From NCBI GenBank assembly GCA_963825865.1, contig CAWGVG010000017.1, positions 1-11,963 on the forward strand: DNA of 11,963 nt. The letters run 5' to 3'. Source of the DNA: an uncultured Nitrososphaeraceae archaeon. Lineage in GTDB: Archaea; Thermoproteota; Nitrososphaeria; Nitrososphaerales; Nitrososphaeraceae. This document shows, one piece after another, positions 1 to 9,172 of the stretch (position 1 is its first letter; the number at the start of each line of letters is the position of its first letter). The position numbers and the translations under genes were made by a program. The notes under the pieces were generated by a model. That model had not been told where the DNA came from. It did no database searches and saw nothing but the letters and a program-made list of their open reading frames with translations.

Positions 1-335
1 CATTCAGAATCTGCATAATGGGTAAAGACCTGGTGTCTATAGAAATGATGAGTTGCCTGATAATGGGTAATTCTCATGCTTCGGTTACTGAACGTATGCC
101 TTGGCTCTGTTTCTTGATATTTTAAATCATTTTTATGCAGAAGCACAAGTATTCTTATAGTTGTGCTTGTATATCGTGAGAGATATCCTTTATACATAAT
201 TCTAGATTGTGTTGCTCCATCGTTATTTTTAGAGCCTTTAGAGGGTTACCACAAGCTACCTTGCACTAGGCCATAAGCAACCTCGAACGATTATTATTAA
301 ACATCAATGCTCATACTTGCTGGTGTTCGAAAACG

Positions 336-1441
336 AAACTACTCGTTATAAGTAGCCCTAATTTACCTACTCCACCTCCCGATTATTTTCATCGCAGACT
401 TGTTGAGGATCGAATGGAGGCTTGGAGGCTGTCGTTGCATGGGTTTCTAAAAACATGGCCAGTAAATCTCATAATGTGACTTTGATATCGGCTAGAGGTT
501 CTTCTGCGGGTGAAGGAGGAGAAGCACTGCCATCCAACTTAAACATAATAGAAACGATAGAACCTTCTTGGGAAGGAACGGCTGCTGAAGAAGCACACTA
601 TCTCATTATAAGGAACTACTGGAAAAAGAATATGGAAGTGGGGATGGGATAATATGGGATAATACATGGCATTGCTTTTCCTATCTGTCTGCAAAGAAAT
701 TTCCAAAGATGAAAATAATTCATACTAATCATGGTATGGTAGAGTGGCAAAAAGTTCCCGGTTAAACAGTTGCGATTTCCTAGATACATTGGAGTATCGA
801 GGCTTCATGCTAAATATATGTCGTCAGTCCTTAAAATACCAGTTAGATATGTCCATCACGGAATTGCGCTACCTCCGATAGAAGAAACAAAAAGTAATAA
901 TAGCGATATTCTCTCTATAAATAGAATAGTAAGAGAAAAAGGAATTGAAGATTCAATAGATTTAGCTGTGAGAACAAAAAACTCAATAAAAAATAGCTGG
1001 TGATGATACACATGTAACTGATTTTCATATGTTAAATGAAAAGAAAAATGCCAAAATACCGGTGGCTTGGCAGAGTATTTTGGACTCGTAGACAATAAAT
1101 CAAAGATAGATTTAATTAAAAAATGTAAAGCTGTAATTGCATGCCCAAAACCTACCTGGATGGAGGCCTTTGGACTATATGCTGTACAAGCGAATGCTTA
1201 TGGTAAACCGGTACTTGCTCTAGCTAATGGAGGACTAAACGATATAATTGTAAACCAAACTAATGGTTTTCTAGCTAAAACTCCTCTGGAGTTACAAGGA
1301 TATGTCAAGAAGGTTTATAAATGTTCGCCAGAATCTTGTAGACGCAGAGTTGAAAAGCTCTTTACAGATGAAATAATAACGAAAAATTATCTTCACATCT
1401 TCGAAAGGGTAATGGAAGATGATCCTGATTTCAGATGGTAG
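336..1441 (+). pseudogene. Glycosyltransferase family 4 (GT-B fold), multiply frameshifted
   Basis: Pieces in different frames join into one GT4: KLLVISSPNLPTPPPDY (336-386), GGLEAVV..HNVTLIS (416 onward), IIWDNTWH..IIHTNHG, YVHHGI..INRIVREKGIEDSI (770-1003), and EAFGLYAVQANAYGKPVLA..GGLNDIIVNQTNGFL (1067-1441), the nucleotide-sugar-binding signature. Confidence 0.85.
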
Positions 1442-1995
1442 TACAAGTAGGAAGTTGTTTTACTAACACTATCTCTGGACTATCCTGCGCATCATAAATT
1501 GATTATAAAGACCGAGAATATGTGTAGTAGTAATTAATGGAACGCTATATGCAATAGGTAGGAATCTTACTTTGACCCTAAATACAAACGAACAGCCTTT
1601 TTCATTACGTTGCCACTAAGCCCATCATTTGTTGTCATCCAATAATCTTTCTTTAATTTGTTCATGCTCATTAAACTGCCCTCCAAATAAATTACTAATA
1701 TATGTGGTGTCTACTAGTATTTCAAAGTGGGCCTAGTGACCAGCATTTTCAAAGGTAAACTATGTAGATCATCAAGTGAGTGATCAGACATCTATTTTGA
1801 AGTTCATTGAAGATAATTGGAATCTAGGACGGATAGGAACCCAATCGTTTGACTCAAAGGCCGGTTCTATCTTTAATTTTACTGCAGGACACACTCCAGC
1901 AAAGCTGTTCCTTGATCCTCTGAAGGGAACGATAGTAGAATAGTAACGCAGTTGAATCCGAAAAGACAAGTACTTGTATATGTTATGGTTATGTT

Positions 1996-2283
1996 ATTCA
2001 GAACCTGTTCATCTGGAACATACATACGCAAAATCATATTGAATGGAGTAGAACCTTGAGGAGATGGTAGCCAGTTCGACTCTTTTTCTTTTCCTGGACT
2101 ATGATGCTGTAGGTATATATCAAGTGAGCCATCTGTATTGTTCTTTAATCCCTGTCTATATCCTCCTATCTCGTAATGGTTTATTGGATTTGGTACCAAG
2201 TATGACACGCTGTTGTACATTGTAACAGACCAAAATCCTTTTACTGGAGGAGTCTGTTCAAGGTTAAAGTTTACTTCTATATA
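1996..2283 (-). pseudogene. C-terminal DUF1214-domain fragment (DUF1254/DUF1214 family), 5'-truncated
   Basis: QTPPVKGFWSVTMY..LVPNPINHYEIG..NTDGSLDIYLQH..PGKEKESNWLPSP..FNMILRMYVP matches the DUF1214 pattern. The N-terminus of the listed ORF 1879..2340 is read out of the IS end, and beyond the far target duplication the frame hits TAG (4346-4348). Confidence 0.8.
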
Positions 2284-2284
2284 C
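2277..2284 (+). repeat. Target-site duplication CTATATAC, left copy
   Basis: Identical to 4339-4346. It can be read as 9 bp (CTATATACT) if the first T of the left IR is counted. Confidence 0.9.
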
Positions 2285-2789
2285 TGCTTTGTTGCATGAT
2301 TAATCATCTTGTAAGTGATACTTATTTGACCACTCACCATTTAGCTTGCTAGTATTAATTATTCTGGTATGGTTGACTGGCCTTGCTATAATGAATCACT
2401 AGTTAGGCGTGGTCAAGTACTCTTGGATTTTGATGTACTTGATGGATGGGATCATGAATTATGTCAAATGAACCTTGGTAAGGTTGGTGAGCCCTACTGC
2501 TACCCAAATTCATTTATTCAGCTTCTAGGTTACATGAGAGCATATTTCCATCTACCATATAGACAAACACAGGGTGTAGTCATAGCTCATGCAAGTAAAG
2601 AAGTATCAAACACACCACATTATAGTACCATTAATAGACGTATAAACAGGCTAGAGATTAAAATCGATGAAAAATTAGGAAATGATATTGTCATTGCTTT
2701 AGACAGCACCGGCATTAAGGTAGCTAATCGAGGGGAATGGATGCACCACAAATGGCATGTCAGAAAAGGATATCTAAAGATACACATTA

Positions 2790-3837
2790 GATCTCTTGTG
2801 TAATTAGAAGCTTAGAGCTATATTCCTCTTCACATAGGATATCTATCTGACAAGCTCTTTGATGTCCTATAGCAAATTATGTAAGAAACCTTTGATATTC
2901 AGGTCATTTACCGGAGTAACTGTATCTGAATTTGAATCCATTTGTAACGAAATTGAACATAACTACGAAGAGCACGAAAGAAGACGTCTTCTATCAAGGA
3001 CGAGAATACGGGATATAGGTGCTGGTAGACCATTTAAGCTTAAAGTTAAAGAAAGATTCGTTATGCTTCTAGTATACTACAGATTATACATTACATATAC
3101 ATTATCAGGATTTCTGTTTGACCTTGATCAAAGCAATGTTTGTAGAGATATATCAATGATGGAACCACTTATCAAGGAGTGTATTCCATTGCCAAAGAAG
3201 ATATACAAACGTACTAGGAGATTAAGAACTATAGATGAAGTAGAAGAGTACTTTCCTGGATTCAAGGCTTTCATAGACTCTACAGAACAAGAAATTCCAA
3301 GACCTAAGAACAAAAGAAGAAGGAAGAGTTACTATCCAGGTAGAAAGAAGAAACATACTGTCAAGACACAATTGATGGTAAACCAGTGAAGGATTGATAC
3401 TGCATAAGACAGGTCACAGAAGTGGAAGAAAACATGATTATGACATTTACAAACACAATCATTCTATAACTCCATCACAAGTTGAAAACATAGTTGATTC
3501 TTGGTTATCTTGGCATTGAAAAGGACTTTCCCACTGTAAAGTACTGTACTTTGGTATCAAAAAGAAAAAGGGTACATTGCTTTCATGTGATGAAAGAACT
3601 TACAACAAGAATCATTCTAGGCTAAGGATTATAGTAGAACATACCATATGTAAGATCAAAAAGTTTGGAATAATGGGTATCAAATTTAGAAACAGATTAA
3701 GGAAGTACAATAACGTATCTGATATAATATCCGGTCTCCTGAACTTCAGAGTTATACAGTCTGACAGCATTTCAATCTAAGAAGACGGCTAAAACAAGTA
3801 GGGTGTTAGACTATAGCTGCTAATTACGCAAGAGATC
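2790..3837 (+). mobile_element. Inner IS5-family (ISL2-group-like) insertion sequence nested in the outer transposase
   Basis: TAGATCTCTTGTGTAATTAGAAGCT (2788-2812) and the reverse complement of 3815-3839 (TAGATCTCTTGCGTAATTAGCAGCT) match 23/25. TA at 2788-2789 and 3838-3839 is the likely target duplication; the exact ends are uncertain by 1-2 nt. Confidence 0.92.
2859..3780 (+). pseudogene. Transposase with HTH_Tnp_4-like and DDE_Tnp_4-like domains, three frameshifts
   Basis: FRSFTGVTVSEF..GAGRPFKL..LFDLDQSNVCRDI (HTH), FIDSTEQEIPRPK (first D), HDYDIY..DLGYLGIEKDF (second D, off-frame) and RIIVEHTICKIKKF (E). Frame changes occur near 3384, 3499 and 3545-3558. Confidence 0.9.
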
Positions 3838-4338
3838 TATAGCAGTTGATATCGAGAAGAAAAGAATTGTATCTCTGGAGGTAACAAGTGAAGAGGTACA
3901 TGATGGTAAGATGCTAAAGAAGTTAGTAGACAATGCTTCTGAAAATAATAATCTGAAGGGTATATTAGCAGATGGTATGTACGACAGCAATAAGAATTTT
4001 AGATACCTATCAAAGAACCACATTAAGCCTGGTATAAAGACAAGAAGTAATTCCAAGGTCAAGTCAACTAACTGTCATGCTAGGAATATGTCTGTAGTAA
4101 GACAACAGACAAACCTCAAAAAATGGAAGCGTAGCGTGAGCTATGGGTACAGGTGGATAGCAGAAACAGCATTCTCTTCCATTAAAAGAACATTTGGTGA
4201 ACATGTAACAGCTAGAAAGTTTCCTCACATGGTAAAAGAGAATCCTCCTAAAGGCGAGCTCTGTATAACATGTTCAATCGAATGACCTAGCTAACGGTTT
4301 GCATAACCTAAAATCCTAATGAATTATGCAACAGAGCA

Positions 4339-4346
4339 CTATATAC
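4339..4346 (+). repeat. Target-site duplication CTATATAC, right copy
   Basis: Identical to 2277-2284 and abuts the right IR. Confidence 0.9.
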
Positions 4347-4531
4347 TATCTCTCTTTGAATAAACGTATTATACAATGATGCTAAAAAATAATATGAAGA
4401 TTACAAGAGGTAATTCACAATGCATAAAACTAACTTTTATCTAAATAACTATTGTAAAGAAAGAAATTGCAGCTTGTCCTAAGCAGAAAAATGGAACGCC
4501 ATTGTAAAAAGAGCATAGGAGAATAGAACAT

Positions 4532-5113
4532 TTGAACTCACATATGGAACAACAATCAATACAATGGCGAAGAGATAAAGTCCAGGAATTAAGTAGTCAA
4601 GGCAATAGTCAACGAGAGATAGCCAGAATATTACAAGTTGGTACTGGGACTATTAATCGAGATTTGTCATTTCTTAGACAGCAAGCAAAAGAAAACATCA
4701 GAAGATACATTGACGAAATGCTGCCAGAAGAGTACGAGAAATGTCTTGTTGGCTTGACAGCAATCCTGAGGGAAGCATGGAACACTTCGCAGCAGGCAGA
4801 AGACAGGAGAGAAAAGATACAAGCTTTATCTCTAGCTAAGGAATGCTATTCAATGAAGCTGGATTTGCTTACCAACGCAACAGTAGTTGATGATGCCATC
4901 AGGTTTGTATCAGAATCTGAAAAGTCAAAAGATAAAGGTAGAGAGCAAGTAATAAGTTCAGCTTCTACTTCTTCAGATAGCAGCAATGAAGACGACAACA
5001 AAGAATCTAAGGAGCCTGATTATGATGATGACAATGATGAAAAGTCCGATAAAGTAGGGGAAGAAAAGCAAGAACAGGAAACTGGCGAAATAACAATAAA
5101 TCAAGTTTTTTGA
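4532..5113 (+). CDS. Helix-turn-helix protein with a helical core and acidic low-complexity tail
   Basis: WRRDKVQELSSQGNSQREIARILQVGTGTINRDL is a classic HTH in an intact 193-aa ORF (TTG 4532 or ATG 4544). It resembles a multicopy Nitrososphaera hypothetical family from recollection. Confidence 0.85.
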   Translation: MNSHMEQQSIQWRRDKVQELSSQGNSQREIARILQVGTGTINRDLSFLRQQAKENIRRYIDEMLPEEYEKCLVGLTAILREAWNTSQQAEDRREKIQALSLAKECYSMKLDLLTNATVVDDAIRFVSESEKSKDKGREQVISSASTSSDSSNEDDNKESKEPDYDDDNDEKSDKVGEEKQEQETGEITINQVF

Positions 5114-5277
5114 TTATTGTTGCCACACATTTTGAGTTACTGTCATCATATAAAAGCGGGATAGAAAAAGGAGTTTGTCATTTAGTTAGTAGTATTATGA
5201 TTATGCCCTCATTCTTTGGAAATAGTACTAAGTGAATGACAGGTAGTAGTAGGATATTATTATTTGTCCAAGCTCAC

Positions 5278-5331
5278 TTAGATTTATGCCATACTCTCAT
5301 CTACGAACAATTCAATACCAGTGACAAAACT
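5278..5331 (-). pseudogene. Extreme C-terminal remnant of a short-chain dehydrogenase/reductase (SDR)
   Basis: Translates as [16 protein letters not shown]. It is homologous to 11670-11723, and the downstream flank is also shared (5241-5277 vs 11621-11669). Confidence 0.8.
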
Positions 5332-5588
5332 TATGGCATGGCTAGCGACCAACTTGCTAATGTCTAGATGAATGCTTTCCAAGATTAACAAAATCGAATA
5401 GTGTTTGAAAAGATTAAACAGGTTTTTGGGTCATTGACATGTGGCAGGCTTCTTATAGCAACCATCTCTTTACCTCTATTTAGTATATTCCACTCTATTG
5501 ATGGTCTTCCTGGATATAAAACAATGAATATCTTCATATGCAGCATAACAAGAGATATGACTGCAAAAAAAACCGAAAAATGTCTTAC

Positions 5589-5601
5589 TTAACATAGTTA
5601 A
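5589..5601. promoter_or_regulatory. Palindrome TTAAC-ATA-GTTAA, candidate operator for the wHTH gene
   Basis: Lies 55 nt upstream of ATG 5657 and is followed by the TATA-like TTATAATA. Confidence 0.6.
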
Positions 5602-5656
5602 CTTAATTATAATAATGAGCTGAATGCATACCATACTGCTGGTATATAATTAACAT

Positions 5657-6067
5657 ATGTCTCTTTCACCAATATCATATCGTGACAGGGTTTACATCGT
5701 TGAGGATATAATACTAAAGTTGGTAGAGCATGGTGAGCTAAACCAGACTGCGTTAGTTAGCTTCTGTGGATTGAATTTGAAAAAGCATAGATGCATACTT
5801 GACGAACTACAAGTAAATGGTTTCTTAAATAAAAGTGAATCACCGTTTGGAAAAAGAATTGTTGCAATCTACAAACCCACACAAAAGGGAATAGAATTTT
5901 GTAGAAGTATATTAGAGCCATATGAGAAAATGTTTCCAAGAAGAAAAGAGTCTGTTGTATATAATAATAGCAATAGTAACGAAGAGAAACCAGCAAGACA
6001 ACTAAGTCATCCCCAAGAACAAGTAGATCAACAGGAAGAACAGCATTTGCGGCTAATAGCAACATAA
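5657..6067 (+). CDS. Archaeal winged helix-turn-helix transcriptional regulator (HTH_45/ArsR-like)
   Basis: YRDRVYIVEDIILKLVEHGELNQTALVSFCGLN..ILDELQVNGFL..IYKPTQKGIEF has the R-x-R start, helix pattern and YxxTxKG wing end of this family. Confidence 0.85.
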   Translation: MSLSPISYRDRVYIVEDIILKLVEHGELNQTALVSFCGLNLKKHRCILDELQVNGFLNKSESPFGKRIVAIYKPTQKGIEFCRSILEPYEKMFPRRKESVVYNNSNSNEEKPARQLSHPQEQVDQQEEQHLRLIAT

Positions 6068-6098
6068 CAAATTGCAGTTAATTAAAAATAAGCATCAA

Positions 6099-6548
6099 TC
6101 AACAATCACTACTACTACTAATACTATCTTCACCACCATATTGTGACGCAATCTTTCTATCCATTTCTTGTTTTTCTATGATATAATCTCCATATCTTTT
6201 CTTCCAAGAACTAATTAGCCTATACTGCCTTATACCTGCTACAAGCCATATGGAAGAAATAACAATAATCGTTCCCAAGAGCACAGCAAGGATATCTCCA
6301 AATTCATTTTCTATATCAAGAATTGCGAAAAACGATGGGTGCTGTAATAAGAATACCGAAAGACCTATTGCAATAGGAGCTAATACTAATGCAGAAATAG
6401 ATACTCCTAGGAGTGTTTTTCTAATTTGGAATATTTGTTCGATAAAATTATCTATTAAGCTCAGTATTCTGTATCTGGAAGAAGAAGACGACGATACAGT
6501 AGTGAGTTGTTCTTTTTTATCGTCATTATTATTATTAGCATTTAACAT
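6099..6548 (-). CDS. Small membrane protein with two predicted transmembrane helices, function unknown
   Basis: Hydrophobic segments LLGVSISALVLAPIAIGLSVFLL and ILAVLLGTIIVISSIWLVAGI are followed by a basic amphipathic helix. A TATATAAG box lies at 6585-6592 on the minus strand. Confidence 0.8.
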   Translation of the reverse strand: MLNANNNNDDKKEQLTTVSSSSSSRYRILSLIDNFIEQIFQIRKTLLGVSISALVLAPIAIGLSVFLLQHPSFFAILDIENEFGDILAVLLGTIIVISSIWLVAGIRQYRLISSWKKRYGDYIIEKQEMDRKIASQYGGEDSISSSSDC

Positions 6549-6584
6549 ATGTCTAGATATGCTATTGTATCTCTTCTACCTTGT

Positions 6585-6613
6585 CTTATATAGGCAATGA
6601 TTAACATGGTTAA
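6585..6613 (-). promoter_or_regulatory. Palindrome (6601-6613) plus TATA box for the membrane-protein gene
   Basis: The minus strand reads TTAACCATGTTAA-8 nt-TATATAAG, and the palindrome is 52 nt upstream of the ATG at 6548. Confidence 0.65.
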
Positions 6614-6725
6614 TTCAATTCAGTGTATATTAGTAGCAACCCATTTTACTTGACGTTACTACAAGATTAACAAGTATATCACTGCCATAACTTCGTAGCG
6701 TAGATATGTGCTTACACTACTTGCC

Positions 6726-6753
6726 AGTTAACAACGTTAACTTACATGGTTTA
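6726..6753 (+). promoter_or_regulatory. Palindrome AGTTAAC-AAC-GTTAACT with an adjacent degenerate copy, upstream of the RHH gene
   Basis: The core (6728-6740) is 52 nt upstream of ATG 6793. CTTACATGGTTTA (6741-6753) matches the 6601 site at 10/13. Confidence 0.55.
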
Positions 6754-6792
6754 GCATGTCTTAATTTGAACTTGTTCCCTTACCTATGATAT

Positions 6793-7029
6793 ATGAGTAG
6801 TAGTAGTAGTAGTCAATCCATAAAGGCGCTTAGACCACTTAGAGGTGGAATAGTTTATGAAGATGACGAAGGGCAACCACAGACAAAAACAACATTTCGA
6901 ATAAACACAGATCTCTTTTGGGATTTGAAACGAATGGCATTAGACGAGAGAACAAACGTGACAGAATTGATTAACGAAGCAATCTATGATCTTTTTGTAA
7001 AACGTGATAAGAGAAAGGCAAAGAAATGA
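6793..7029 (+). CDS. Ribbon-helix-helix (CopG/Arc/MetJ-like) DNA-binding protein
   Basis: KTTFRINTDLFWDLKRMALDERTNVTELINEAIYDLF fits an alternating beta ribbon followed by two helices. Confidence 0.8.
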   Translation: MSSSSSSQSIKALRPLRGGIVYEDDEGQPQTKTTFRINTDLFWDLKRMALDERTNVTELINEAIYDLFVKRDKRKAKK

Positions 7030-7190
7030 CATCAGGACAACAAAAACAAAAACAAAAACAAGGTCGTCCATCAAAAGAATTCCTCAAGGCAGTTGATGAC
7101 CTGATAAAACAAGAGGACTATCCCAAACTTACAAAGAGACAAAGAAAATCAGAACTTGCCAAATACCAAAGGGTTCAGGATTTGGGTTAA
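7026..7190 (+). CDS. Small basic ORF (54 aa) translationally coupled to the RHH gene, possibly a truncated longer gene
   Basis: ATGA overlap at 7026-7029; sequence MTSGQQKQKQKQGRPSKEFLKAVDDLIKQEDYPKLTKRQRKSELAKYQRVQDLG*. The same frame stays open after the TAA (RDGLSFRYIWDMMD..). Confidence 0.5.
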   Translation: MTSGQQKQKQKQGRPSKEFLKAVDDLIKQEDYPKLTKRQRKSELAKYQRVQDLG

Positions 7191-7309
7191 AGAGATGGAT
7201 TGTCATTTAGATACATATGGGATATGATGGATAACAAAAATATAGTACAAAAGATATGTATGCGCGAAGAATGTCATAAACAACCAGTCGATATACCAAT
7301 ATACTACAA

Positions 7310-7397
7310 GTCTTATTGGCTTCACAGCAATATTCAGAGAGGCATGTAATGCTGCACAGTAGTCAGATGAAAAGAGAGAAAAAATACAAGCTTTATC
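7310..7397 (+). pseudogene. Decayed internal fragment paralogous to the HTH gene 4532..5113
   Basis: Ungapped 70/88 nt match to 4743-4830 by hand alignment: LIGFTAIFREACNAAQ*SDEKREKIQAL vs LVGLTAILREAWNTSQQAEDRREKIQAL. Confidence 0.88.
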
Positions 7398-7688
7398 GCA
7401 CGCGATTGTCTAATGAATGAATCTAAAACCAAAAGTTGTAATTATTGTTTTTTGATTTTGTTATCTGAAAGGTTTGAAGTAAAATAAAACTATCTCACTA
7501 CGAGGTACAGGACAATGTGAATATTGACAATATTTTGGAGAATATTGTCTTTTGACTAGCACCAGTAGTAGTAGTAGTTGACATATTCATTTTTAGTTAA
7601 AAAAGAAGATCTATTAAAATTCATGTCTTAGAGTCATCATAGGTTCAGATCCTATCTCTTGTTGATATGCCATGAATATACTAAAACA

Positions 7689-7787
7689 GTTGACATTGTT
7701 AACATCGATTACAATAAACCAGAAACTATTGCTGATGCTTTAAACCATGTAAACAAGCTCTTCTTACTAACAGTACATGCTCCTAAC
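7689..7787 (+). pseudogene. Internal fragment of an NmrA-like/atypical SDR NAD(P)-binding protein
   Basis: VDIVNIDYNKPETIADALNHVNKLFLLT matches the 'D..pesl..Al.GvD.vfl' segment. The GxxGxxG N-terminus and the C-terminus are absent. Confidence 0.7.
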
Positions 7788-7851
7788 ATATTAGGCAGCA
7801 GAAAAAACGAGTCTTATGCTAGCTCTACAATCTTATTTAGGTATATTTAGA

Positions 7852-8004
7852 TGTCTTACAGCTGAGTTCAAAGAGAGATGCTTCACGTTAATATTTGACC
7901 AATTTGAATCTGCAGGCAAATCATCACTTGATTTTTTTCTAAACTTTGTTAAATTTATGCCAGATAGATTCCATATTATAGTGGCATTTAGAACAGAAAC
8001 ATAG
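7852..8004 (+). pseudogene. Possible P-loop NTPase (AAA/STAND-like) internal fragment around Walker B
   Basis: FTLIFDQFE followed by a helix and FHIIVAFR resembles Walker B plus the sensor strand. No Walker A is nearby. Confidence 0.45.
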
Positions 8005-8187
8005 AACTCTCAAAGGTTTTACCAGATATTCAGATAGACCCCTCTGACCCATTAAATCGTTCATAATTTGGGTACCAGGTGAATATCATTCAATAGCAAC
8101 TTGGTCTACTTACATAGGTGAATTGTATAGTTGCACGAATAAGCCTTAATTAGGTAAATGCAGAAAGTATTAGATGGATAACAAAAG

Positions 8188-8517
8188 ATGAGTGCTAACA
8201 ACAACAAGCAATTTCTACTCAACCAAATAATGTGGTTGGGAATATCTTTTGGCATCAGCATAACCATCTCTATGTTAGTGCCATTTCCCATCTCACTAGT
8301 TGTGATAATAGGAGTTTTCATTTTGCTTAACTTCTATATGAGAAAGAGAATGATGAAAAGAATGGGAATGGGAGGAGTAGGAATGTTTGGTTCAATGTCG
8401 CCATCTTCAATGTTTGGAGATAGTTCATTAAAATATTACTGTATGAGTTGCGGAACACAACACAAACAAGCTGCATGTCCTAAATGTGGTTCTAAGATGA
8501 AAAGAGTTGGGTCTTGA
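8188..8517 (+). CDS. Small membrane protein with a C-terminal zinc ribbon
   Basis: Two hydrophobic helices, an RKR stop-transfer motif, a Met/Gly-rich linker, then CMSC..CPKC. Confidence 0.85.
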   Translation: MSANNNKQFLLNQIMWLGISFGISITISMLVPFPISLVVIIGVFILLNFYMRKRMMKRMGMGGVGMFGSMSPSSMFGDSSLKYYCMSCGTQHKQAACPKCGSKMKRVGS

Positions 8518-8648
8518 CATGCCATAGGGAATTGAATACAATGCAAATCAAGATTAGCGGAGAGAAGTCCTATCTTAGTCTTTGCCTTGCTTCATCAACT
8601 AGAGGGTGTTGTGGTCGAAAGAAATGTTTGTAATACTCTATCGGCGAC

Positions 8649-8750
8649 TGCGAAAGCATTGTAGAAGCCCATGGTGGCAAGATATGGGCTGAGAATAATA
8701 TTGATGGAAAAGGAGCCACATTTTCCTTTAGTTTACCGATTACTAATTGA
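8649..8750 (+). pseudogene. C-terminal remnant of a sensor histidine kinase (end of HATPase_c)
   Basis: [33 protein letters not shown] is the canonical end of HATPase_c. Everything upstream, including the G2 box, is missing. Confidence 0.88.
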
Positions 8751-9172
8751 CCTACCAATAATATAATAATCTACTTGCTATTACTAGTCTAATTAAAGTC
8801 TGGGCCCTTTTATTACGTCAAATTTGTTCCCAATCTCGACGGAGCCTTTCGGATATTAGTGTCTTACAGCTACTATCATTCCCAGATTTTTGATGATGCA
8901 TTACCTTGCTCGTCTGAATCGTGTTCAAATAGCTATACCAGATATCATTTGTGACAGACATATTTCTACTATTACAATTATAATTACTAACACAAATGCG
9001 TCGACATTGGATTAACTAATTAGTAGGAACAAATTTACAACGGAGCATATATGCCTCTTTTGATGCAAAGATTATAGATGAGTCTCCAACGGCATTATCC
9101 GGACTACTGCGGCATTCGTTCTTCTTGAAACTGGATATTGTTTTTGTTAAGAGAACCGCCATAACCCCAGCA

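Larger units (their letters stand above)
2369..4290 (+). pseudogene. IS5-family DDE transposase of the outer element, interrupted by the nested IS
   Basis: The 5' part (2369-2788) reads YNESLVRRG..LPYRQTQG..IALDSTGIKV..KGYLKIHI. The 3' part (from 3839) reads IAVDIEKKRIVSLEVT..HDGKML..LADGMYD..RWIAETAFSSIKRTFG, so all three D/D/E motifs are present. There are small frameshifts near 4240-4262. Confidence 0.92.
2285..4338 (+). mobile_element. Outer IS5-family insertion sequence (about 1 kb without the nested element)
   Basis: Terminal inverted repeats TGCTTTGTTGCATGATTAAT (2285-2304) and ATGAATTATGCAACAGAGCA (4319-4338) match 17/20. They are flanked by a direct repeat CTATATAC at 2277-2284 and 4339-4346, and enclose a split DDE transposase. 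Confidence 0.93.

Noticed and set aside
15-70. Direct repeat ATAATGGGTAA x2 with 45-bp period as a CRISPR edge
   Set aside because: There are only two 11-bp copies, no third unit and no cas genes. No CRISPR array, tRNA or rRNA was recognised anywhere in the window.
1879-2340. 153-aa ORF as an intact gene
   Set aside because: Its first about 19 codons come from the IS left end and its tail runs past the DUF1214 similarity, so only the middle is a real gene remnant.
3380-3580. Programmed frameshifting in the inner transposase
   Set aside because: Three separate frame changes are needed, which fits decay or sequencing error better than a single programmed shift.
8820-9036. 11-bp inverted repeat AAATTTGTTCC / GGAACAAATTT as a MITE
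   Set aside because: It is short and AT-rich, with no flanking target duplication and no similarity to the IS ends here.
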